A stretch of DNA of 64,000 nt from Lama glama (Eukaryota). Positions 13,211-23,083 of this stretch are shown piece by piece. A program made the translations under genes and the position numbers. The notes below the pieces were generated by a model. The model did not search any database, was not told the origin of the DNA, and worked only from the letters and a program-made list of their open reading frames with translations. The DNA lies in NCBI GenBank assembly GCA_028534125.1, contig CM052816.1:30320001-30384000 (forward strand), given 5' to 3'. Position 1 is the first letter of the stretch. Each line of letters opens with the position of its first letter.

Positions 13211-14296
13211 TTACTTCCGCTTGTCTCTGGCTTTGGGTGGGGCTGTGAAGATGACTGAGGTCACCTTGACTCACCTATTGTGTATGACTTATTTCTGCTG
13301 GAGAACCCATGTGATTTTTTATTCATCTCTCAATTTCAACACTTTCCTGAGGATGTTATTTTCTTATGCATTCTTTGCCAATTTTTCCTGGCACATGGTG
13401 TGCCACTGTAAGTCTTTCTCTTATGTGATTAGGGACAAGAAGTATGTTTGTTGGATATTTGTTCCCATGTCATGGCCTTTAGCTCCTTTCTCCCATTGCC
13501 TTTACATCTCTCCTTTGTTTTCTTGCCTTTGTTCTTCCCTTCCGTTTCTCATTTCCTCAAGGTCATATACTATATATGTCTTCATTTTCAATCATGTTTA
13601 TTCTATTGTTTAATCTGTATAATACAGGATACACCTGTGCCATATGTTTGTTTTTCTTTTCCATTTCTTTTCTAAATTCTACCAGCCATTTTTAATTTCT
13701 TTTGTGAACTGAAATTTCTTCTTTAAATACTTGTCTCATTTCTTTTTCCCAGAGAAATCAAGACACCTATAAATTCAGCTGAGATGATAAAAAAACTATT
13801 CCTTTGAATTCATTTTCTATTTTCTAAGATATTTCTCTCTATGATGTAGATTATTCCTCTGCTTCTTGTGTATGTTCTTCCTTTTTGCTTTTTCCTGTGA
13901 TTTTATTTTGTTTTGTACTTGTTTAGCAGTTCTTACGTAGGGACCAATGACACTTTTCCATCTTTGAATGGGCCAGCTACCTCTTGAAGGTTAATGTGGG
14001 CAGAAGTAGGAGAAGGGATTGAAATGGTGAGCAGTTTCCATTTAGGCTTTGTGTGCAGAATATTTTGTCACTCATTGTATTATTTCCTTTGACTTTTCAC
14101 CTCAGTTTTTGTTGAATTTATTGGATTTTTTGCATTGTCTGAAAATCCAGATTTATTGCACATGGAGGTCGAAGGGAAAAATAGGCACATTAATGTTATG
14201 AGAAGGTGATCGAGACAGAACCAACTACATAAAGCTTGTTTTAAAGGAATTTTATAACATTCCTTAATAAGTGTTTTGAAATAGTAATAATAAATC

Positions 14297-15742
14297 CAGG
14301 ATGTCTCCAGTTTTATGAGGCCTCAGTTGTACACAAATTTGGAAAATTTAGAGAAAAATAAATAAAATACAAGATTAGATATAAAAATGAACATTTAGTT
14401 AGGATGAGGAAATAAATTCTGACAAACTGCAAATTTTAAAAAGCTGACCTATACCAGTAAAATTGCAAAACCTAGAAGAAAATCATTCTATTTAATTAAT
14501 TGCCTAATACAACTCTGTAATATTTCTTTCCTACTTATTTTTGGCTTCAAACCGATTGCCATTTCATATGAATATAATTTAATAATATTTTCTACGGAGC
14601 CTAGAGAGATAATTCAGTCTTTTGATTGACATTTTTTCCTTTACATTATTAATAATTTAAAAAATTTCTTTCAGCTTTACCATTCACTATTGTAATGTCA
14701 GGTAAATATTGTAATACTACTGTCAAATAGGGGCAAAGTTATATCAAAAGTTTTTCTTTTTTTTCTTTTTAATAAACTTTCCTGTATTCAGACTAAAACC
14801 AGAATTGTCATTCACATCTCATCCAGTCACTAGACTGAGTATCTAACCTACCACGTCTTGCTCTTAGGTAACCCTACCAGTGGCCTCATGCCAGAGACAG
14901 TTTTGGGTTGGCGAGTGTCATGAGCTCGAGGGGGGTGACTTTTTGACACAGTTCAGCCTCCTCCCTCCTAGGGTCTGCTCCTGCAGTGATTGAGTGCATC
15001 CTCGACCTTGAGCTTGGCAGGCACAGGTGTGGGACCCCAGGAGTAGGGGAGCAGGGCCAGGATGCCTGGGGCAGCAGCCAAGGGCTGGCTCATGCCCCTC
15101 AGTGGACCCCCAGCCACTGCTCTCCGGGGCCATCCCTGCGATGAGTAAGTAGATCTGTGCCTGGTCGAGCTGTGCCACACATTGGGCCAAACGTATTTTT
15201 TTGTTTGTTTGTTTTTCATGAGATGTAAGAATTGGAAGAATTTCCCACAGGCTAGCTTCTCATGCTGTATATTTCAAACTCCCCCCCCCCCAATTAGCTG
15301 CATTCTTTTAGTGCTGACCTCAGTAGGACATGTTAATTGCTTTGTAAAAACTCTACTGTGGATCTTTTGGTCTCCACGATGAGGGAGTTAATACAGTGGG
15401 CTGTGGGAATTTCCTGGAAGTCCTATCTACGCCACAGTAGCTAGGAATTGCAGAAATATACATAGACATAACTGCCATGTGTAGACCTAACTAAATCAGA
15501 CTCACTTGTTTCCAGCTCACCTACTTCATAGCCACTCCAAATGCCATCATCCTACGTGAGGAGAAGTGGGTTGGAGAGGAAATTGGAGCGGAAAGAGACA
15601 GCAGTCTTAACTAGTTTTGGTTAAAGTGTCCTACATTTGCAAGTCCTACAAAAACATACAGAGCATATTGCTAGAAGGAGTCCACGCGGGGAGGAGGCTC
15701 TGACATTTAAGGTTAATTACCACATTGGTTAATTTGTATCTG
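14297..15742. mobile_element. Zaphod/MER115-like hAT-Tip100 DNA transposon, split by an insertion at 14757-15210
   Basis: Starts cagg...ccagttttatgaggcctcagttgtacacaaattt. Contains gcaaattttaaaagctgac, agataattcagtcttt and tttctttcagctttac (transposase end remnant). Resumes at 15211 and contains gagcggaaagagacagcagtcttaac. Confidence 0.7.
14757..15210 (-). pseudogene. Probable 5'-truncated processed pseudogene (retrocopy); parent gene not identified
   Basis: GC-rich non-repeat sequence. On the minus strand it ends in ATTAAA (plus-strand tttaat, 14768-14773) running into an A-tract (T-tract 14757-14770). Flanked by the direct repeat gtttttc (14750-14756 and 15211-15217). Interrupts a continuous DNA transposon. 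Confidence 0.6.
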
Positions 15743-16145
15743 AATGAAAGGCAGACATGAAAGTGACTTGATATTTGAGTTGATATTTGAAACCAATTCA
15801 AGCAAGTGGTAAATGCTATAAAAGAATGAAAGATCATCATTAGGATAAGCAGATGTCCTGAGAGTACACAGGATAAATCTTTAGGGAAAAGGCTTGTTTA
15901 ATATTGCATTTTGCAAATTGAATAATACACTTACAGAGTTTATAGTAATGTTCATAATTTTATAGGCGAGGTATTTAAAACTAATCATCTTTGGTAGTAG
16001 GAGCTGGAATAAGAGAAGGAATTATTCTTTCATTTCAGCTGCTACTGAGTATCAGATCTTTAAACGTCCTGTCAACTGAGATTTTTAATTGTTTCTTGAT
16101 TGCTTTAAAATTATCATTAAAATAAAATCTAATATCTAACTTTTA

Positions 16146-16194
16146 TTTCTTCCATTTACTTTTTCTTCCATTTACTTTTTCTTCCATTTAATTT
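16146..16194. repeat. 16-bp tandem repeat, 3 copies (cttccatttacttttt)
   Basis: cttccattta recurs at 16149, 16165 and 16181. Confidence 0.9.
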
Positions 16195-17089
16195 TAATTG
16201 CCAAAGGAAGTGGACAATACTTTTTGCTTTTTTGTTTATTACCTTTTAGTGCTAGGCTCAGAATAGTCACTTAATACATATTGCTGGCCTAATAGTATGA
16301 TACTTCTGCATTCACTTTTTTTTCTTCATTTATCTTTCATGCTTTCCATTCTCATAAATCTAATGACTTCACTTAACCCTTTGCTTGCTCTCTCCATGGT
16401 ACATCTTTTCTGCTGATACTCATTTTTAGAAAGTTTTGAAAAATTAATAATACAAAGGCACAGTTAACAGTCATGTGGAATCACACTACCCAAGAGCAAT
16501 CACTGTTAATATTTTACCGTATTTTCTCCCAGTGTTTTTCCTATGAATTTTGCATTGTGGAGGTCATGTTATATATAAGATTTGGCCTATTCTCATCAAA
16601 TTAAAATGTGCATAATTTTAAAATCCAATAAAGCTAAAATAATTTTAACAAAGACCAGCACTTTCCCTTAACATCTCTAGTTCCACTCCCTAAAACATTC
16701 GTACCCCGTAGTTCATTTCTTACAGCATTTGGTATTTGCTTCCATATTTATAAAACAAAGAAAAATACTATGAAACTATTGATTTCTCTGTTTTTGGCAT
16801 CATGTATTAAATTTTTGGTCTGGTTGATTCAGTAGGGTTTATCTTCTAGTATCTCTCTCCTTTTCTCTCACTCTAACACTTTGATGGAATCATAGCACCA
16901 TCTTTCTTGCAATCAGTACTTACTCTGACTACATAAATATCTTTCACTCCTCAGTCGGGGGCCAGACATTATTTCCCTTCAGATATATATATATATATAT
17001 AACTTCAAATGTAGTTCCTTCTTTTCTATTTGTTTGATTTCAGTGGAATTACCGACTTCATTAAATACTGAATTCACTTGTTACATGGC

Positions 17090-18150
17090 AGTCTAATTCT
17101 GCAGTAAGCACACTTGTGCAGATTGTGGTACCCATTTTTTCCTCAGGATGAATCCCTAGAAAGAGAAATCCTAGGCCAAAGAAATAATATTTTTGAGGCT
17201 CTTAATGTGCATGGTCAATTCCCTTGTGAAAGATTTTGAACGTGGCATCAACCCCCGACCCCTCTTGCAGGAGTGTGTCTGTGCACATTATCTGATGTTT
17301 GCTCCCCTGTATCTGCTCTCCGCTTTGTTCCCCAAGACTTTGTGCCCTGGAAGTCTGACCTGTGTGAATCTCTGTTCTCTCTGGCTTCTAGCTGAGTTCA
17401 AGCAAAAGTAAGCACCCACTGGAGGTCAGCAGGAAGGAGGGAAGTAAGGTCATATATTTCTTCCCCTTCTTTCTTCCTGCTGTGTTGCTAATGGCTGTAG
17501 AATAAAAGCCATAGCTCCTGTCACACAGTTCTCCCTTATCCCAGGGGATATTAGCAACTGTTCTTTTCTCTGGCTTCTACCAGCCTAGATGTGGCAGTGG
17601 CTTCCACTGTTTTTGTTATAGGGGTGTTTTTCTTTGTTGCTATTTGTCCTCTTTGTGTATATCTTTTGTAAATGGTCTCTTAATTAAACTTCCTTCAGTT
17701 ACTCAGTTTCAGTATCCTATATTTTCCCACCAGAACTCTGACAGACACAATGCCCATTAAAATGCACTTCTTAAAAAAATGTAGATAATAATATATGTAA
17801 CCTATTAATTATCTTAGTGACATGCAATTATGTTTTAATTTTATTTTTGATTACTCTGAAATGACTATCTTTTCATGTATTTGCCAGGAAATACTTCTTT
17901 TCTTTGGGGGATTGTGCATCATCTTTGTTCTAGTTTTTATTGGGGTTGTTAATTTTTTTCTTACTGATTTTTTGAGTTCTTTACATATTAAAGACACTAA
18001 TGCTTTGTTATATTGATTCAAGTATATTTTATGCAGTTTACTTTTAGCATCAATTAGTAAAATGGTGAGTGGTATTCCTGTAATATCAAAGTTTTGGTTT
18101 GTTTTTAAAGTCAAATCAACCATCTTTTCCAATAATCTTTCAGACATAAG
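17090..18150 (-). mobile_element. Ancient L1 (L1M/L1ME-like) fragment interrupted by LTR33
   Basis: cctcaggatgaatccctagaaagagaaatcctaggccaaag, and after the LTR ttttaattttatttttgattact...ttttgagttctttacatattaaaga. Confidence 0.55.
17276..17749 (+). mobile_element. LTR33-like ERVL solo LTR
   Basis: tgtctgtgc...ctttgtgccctggaagtctgacctgtgtg...ctctggcttctagctgagtt...ttttgtaaatggtctcttaattaaact...ctctgacagacaca. Confidence 0.75.
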
Positions 18151-18199
18151 CATTTTAAGTCATAGAAATTTTCTTAATGCCGTGAATGCTTTCGACTAC

Positions 18200-19340
18200 G
18201 TGGGCATCTCACGGCTGTAACTTACTGTTCTCCTGTGTGTGAGGTGTGGTGCTTTCTTCTTGCTGCTTTCAGGATACTTTCATTGCTCTAGGAGTGAATA
18301 ATTTTAGTGATTTTTATTTGGGTTCCCTCTTTCTTCAAATCTGTCCTTGGGCCCATCTAGTGAAACTTTCCCTTTAGTTATTTCATTTTTAATCTTTTGA
18401 ATTTTCGGTTTGCGCTTTGCGGATTTTCAGTTTCTCTGCTGCTAACCCTTATTTGTTTACTCAGTGATACCACATTCTTTGAATGTGGTCCGAGTAGCTG
18501 CTTTGTGTTCTGATCCAAAGTGGTTTCCCTGAGCTGAGAAAGCGGGGAACAGATGAGTTTCTGTGGACAGCTTTGTTTCCTGAATATGGGTCTGCGTCAC
18601 ATTTATTACTTTTTGATTGAAAACTGAACAGTGTCAGTAATATGCTGGAGCAACTCTGGATTCTTTTCTGAAAATTTTCCAAAAGCTTTTGTTTTTTTGT
18701 TTGTTTTGTTAGCTTGCCTTGACTTGAATGGCAGAGTCCATCTCCTCTTAGGGTGTGTAGCCCTTGGTATCTCTGCTCAGTTCTTTCTCTGCCTTCCTGG
18801 ACGTATCCCCTGCTTCTGTGTGGTTTAGTGCTCAGCCACTGACTTGGGCAGACATTATGTATGCTCCGACATTTGAATGTAATGTTTTTCTTTCTGCTCC
18901 TAGGCTGTGTGTGAGGAATATATCGAAAGGCTGCAAGTTCTCAAGTCTCCCCTGGCTTTCCTTTTTGTTGGGTTTCCTAAGTTTCCCACACTCGTGTATA
19001 GTTTATTGGTCAGACAGATGTGTGGCGAGTTTATTATCTCAGCTTTTCTATTAACCTCTCAATCCATGACCTCCTGGTTGGTTTACCAGCTGCCCCAAAC
19101 CAAGACCATGACCTCCGCTTTCCGCTTGCTCAGCTCAGTGAGTTAATGATCTGTTTGGACTCTGCCTCCCTGCTGTATGGCAGGAAGAGCTCCCGGGCAG
19201 AGAACCAGATGCCGTGTCTTCTCCTTTTCTCAAGTATCACAGACTTTTGTTGCCTGTTGTTTAGTGTCTTAAGACGTTTGCTTCATGTACGTTGTCTGTT
19301 ACCCTTGGATGGCGGATGGCAAGTTCAGCGCCAGTAACTC
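18200..19340 (-). mobile_element. Ancient L1 5' region (L1M4/L1MC-type 5'UTR/ORF1 remnant)
   Basis: ttgggcccatctagtgaaactttcc..., tgattgaaaactgaacagtg...gcaactctggattc, and ttcatgtacgttgtctg...ggatggcaagttcagcgccagtaactc. Confidence 0.5.
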
Positions 19341-19999
19341 TGAACATGACATGGTAGAAATCTAATGATCAGGTTTTCTGTATAAATGTCTAAGGCCATA
19401 GAATGTCAGTTTTATTTTGGACATTTGAAATAGTATTTTAAATACTGTAATACTTTGGATAGTGCATATGTATTTTCTATTCTCAAGTGAGCATTATTCC
19501 CCCATTTGTCCCTTTTTTGAAGTCCCCCTCTTTTTAGGTAGTATTGCCATTCATATCACCTCAAGGCTCTGAGGAAGTTGTCAGAGGGGATGACTGAGAC
19601 AGAATTTGAACTGCAACACTAACAGCACCACCAATAATAGTATCATCAAAACACTTACCAAGAATATATTTTGGACATACTTTGGGGAATCAAATACCTG
19701 ATAAGGCGTGATTCCTCTTCTCCAAGTGCTTACAGTTCATTTGAGGAGAGAGAAATACGTATTATAAGATTTATGATAATGCAGGTCAGTCACTGTTAAG
19801 GAGTTTTTGAGTGAGTAATGAAACATTAAGTGGTCATGTAGGAGGTCGTTTGGATTTCGTGGGAAGAGACTCAATAGATAAAAAGTGGTCTTAAATGCCC
19901 CTTATAGGGATTAGTCAGTAAAATAAATGAATATAGTGACAAGGTTTTAAGATAAAAAAGACAATCCCAGAGATTTGTCATAAATAGCAACTAATATTC

Positions 20000-20290
20000 A
20001 CCTTCATAACTGCAAGACAGTAGGTGTGGTGGTGACTGTGGTGTACCGGAGTGTAAATTTATAAAAGAGGAGCCATTGCTCAGTTTCTGCTCTTCTAGTC
20101 TAAAAGAATGCAAACCCACATATTGACAGACATCCCCAGTTTTTCAAAAAGTTTAAAAATCTACTTTTTGTCAAAACCTCCCAATTTTTAAATGTTGGCA
20201 AGCAGTAAAATATTTTATTACCATGGAGACCACAGAAATTACGTCTGGGAATGAATTTGGTATTCAGGGTACCAGTGCGTGACCTCAGAG
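20000..20290. mobile_element. MER102-like hAT-Charlie DNA transposon
   Basis: aaaacctcccaatttttaaatgttggcaa...acgtctggg...accagtgcgtgacctcag matches the MER102 3' half. Confidence 0.65.
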
Positions 20291-20614
20291 TTCACACACA
20301 CTGAAAGATGGATTAAGTCTGGGGCAGGAAAATTTGTCTTACACATATTCTGGACCAGAAATAATGACTTAATGGCTTAGCAGTGACAGCACTGCTACTT
20401 GCTTGTAGCATTTGATGCTTGCTGTTACAACTTAATAAGCATAAAGTAATGGAAGCACCTTTATATCCTTTAGAAAGCAGATGCATTTGAATTATATTTA
20501 GAAATTCATGGCTGAAAGTTGTAAACAGAATCATTATTTTTATGTACTTAGTGTCTGGATTCAGGGCTCTTTGTGTTTGTAAAATTAACATATCTTAAAA
20601 GAGGGAAAAAAGCT

Positions 20615-20715
20615 CCCTCGCAAATACCAAGTCAGTGTTGCGCAACAGATCGCAGAGTGTCCACAGGGCCGGCAAGCCGAGCACTGTGTGTCGTACCCAG
20701 CTACGTCACCAATGT
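20615..20715. promoter_or_regulatory. Candidate enhancer: CpG cluster with a C/EBP-type palindrome, CRE half-site and CCAAT
   Basis: Seven CpGs in about 90 bp of unique sequence; 12-bp palindrome TGTTGCGCAACA (20636-20647); ACGTCA (20703-20708); CCAAT (20709-20713). Confidence 0.4.
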
Positions 20716-22636
20716 AAAATGCATGTTATGTACCAGCTAGATTGTAATGTCTTTGATAAGCCATCAAGCCTATGGTCTCAAAGTCGGTTCTAGCATTTTG
20801 GAAGTGCACACTGTCCTCGGTTAACCTAATGGAGAATAAATTGTTTCATAGCAATGATGCCCTAGAAAATAGATGTTCTGTTCGAGCTGCTCAGTTTAGA
20901 CCCAAGTGTATCTATCTTTTGAGATTCAAGTTGGCCTTCTTATACCAGGGCATAATTTCAATTATTAAAAAAAGAGAAAACTGTCAGTTTTGGGCATCTC
21001 TAGAAGCTTATTTAAAGCAACGTTTTGATTAGTTCCGCATAAACGAATCGGAACTACCTAATTATTGCTGCCTTCAGAAAACATGGAATTAAAAAGAAGT
21101 ACAGGGCAAGAGCAAATGGAGAAGTGAAGTGTTCCTGCTGCACCTGAGCTCTCTGAGCACCTGGGAATCCCCTCCTGGAAGTGAGTGCAGCCATTGTTCC
21201 AGGACACTTCTCTACTGTGGCTGTGTCTCTGTGTGTGTATGCGTGCACATGCACGTCCTTGTGTTTGTGTATGCTTTTGTGTGTGATCCATGCAGCAGTG
21301 TATCTACTACAGTGAGCTAACTTAATTTTCTTCATTGTTTTTGGTAACATCTCTGTAGTTGTGAACATTTTACCAGGTGCTGGTCTTGATATCATTTCCA
21401 TGGAGCTTAGAAACGAGATATAAGTCATTAAAGTAATTAGTATAACTTTGACCTCCAGGGCTATCACTGCAGCCTTTGCAAACTTGATCTCTTCTTAACT
21501 GTCTTTGGTTTCATCAAAGCCCTGAACGGCTAATCATATTTTCAATGAGTTTATTTTCAAATAAATCACAAAATCATTTGATTGAGGTTTCTTTTTTGTT
21601 TGATTCTCTCGATATTTTTCCCTTTGTCTCTTTTTCTTTGTTTCACCTCCAAGTGTTTCTTTGGAGGAAAAAAAATATAGAAATCATATTAAGGTTGCAT
21701 TTAAATAGAAAAGGTAATGAGTCTCCATAATTTGGTTTAATTTAAAACACTTCATTTTATACAAAGAAACTTCAAACTTCTTTATTGTTTAAAATCAATT
21801 AAAATACATTAGTCATCTCTTTTTGAATGTGAAATCAGGTGCGCAGTCCATTCATTGTATCATTGGTTTAATTTCTCTAATTATGAATACAGTTCGAGAC
21901 AATCTTTGTAATAGAAGCTTGGCAGGGCATGAATTGAAAAAAATTTATATGCAACTAAACACTATACGACAAATCTTCATTTCTCATTGATTTCTATCAA
22001 GTACTTTCTAAATGTGTCCTTAAAAATATTTGAGGAGAACAAAGATAAATCTGAACCTGTTTTGTTCCACATATATATTCTTTTTTGTTCCTTAAAATAT
22101 CCTTGACTGCTGGTTTGGATGTTCACTAATGGTACTTAAATGGAATTAAATGTATCACAGTGTTGAATAAGAAAGACAATTCCATTACTTACAGCCCACA
22201 AACCATTCTGTATCTTAAATCATGTGTGAATTTTTCTTATTTTGATTTTGTTTTATTTCTGGCTTGCAAGTCGTTACTTTTTGCACTTTGATTTGTGTAT
22301 ACTATATCTTTTTCCCACAAATCCATAGTTTTACCTTCTGTCCTACCCAGGAGTCAATGTCTTTGGCTTGCAAGAAGTTTTTCCTTTTACCTGATTTTGC
22401 TAGGGGTAAATGGAGTGGTTGGGGGTATTCTCATATACCATAATTCCAAGTCATGAGGAAGTTTTCTGGCTCTAAACTCTCACCATATCTAGAGATTCTG
22501 TTGAAGTCTATAAACACAAATTTAACTATTGATTTTATACCTTGATTTAAAAATTCTATGTCAGTGACATTTTACATCTTTGGTCATTACAGAAGATTCC
22601 ATCTGATTAACTTAGAATATTTGGAAAGTCTTACTC

Positions 22637-23083
22637 TGTCGGAGCCAGCCGACAATCGATCAGGTCCAGAAACCTGTGCTGCAGGGCTGAGAAAAGGAAA
22701 GACGTAACAAAAAGACAGCAAGACAAGAAAAGTTGGGGTTGAGAGGGTCTCACTCTAGCCCGCAAGACGCTAGGTCAAGAGTGGACCTNNNNNNNNNNNN
22801 NNNNNNNNNNNNNNNNNNNNNNNNNNNNNNNNNNNNNNNNNNNNNNNNNNNNNNNNNNNNNNNNNNNNNNNNNNNNNNNNNNNNNNNNCTTTAGTAAAAG
22901 AGGTGGCGGGACAGAGATTGTTCTAACTCAATTGACCTTTGAGCCGGGCGCCCCGCACTGTGGGAGTTTAGGCCCAACCTTTGTGCTCGGCAGCCTCAAT
23001 CTCAGAGCCTGGCGCCCTGCACTTTGGGGTTTTACGCCCAAGTTTTGTGCTCGGCAGCCCTCCGTCACGAGCGGCTCCCCGCA
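22637..23083 (-). mobile_element. Young ERV-K/betaretrovirus-type (ERV2) LTR element spanning an assembly gap (solo LTR or collapsed provirus)
   Basis: Minus strand begins TGCGGGGAGCCG and ends GGCTCCGACA (TG...CA, imperfect terminal inverted repeat). Perfect 6-bp TSD TTACTC (22631-22636 and 23084-23089). CpG-rich. Class and orientation inferred from TSD length and terminal sequence. Confidence 0.85.
22789..22888. other. Assembly gap (100 N)
   Basis: Exactly 100 Ns, the usual placeholder for a gap of unknown size. Confidence 0.99.

Noticed and set aside
20639..20657. CTCF-like reading of tgcgcaacagatcgcagag
   Set aside because: Mismatches at key core positions; the C/EBP palindrome explains the site better.
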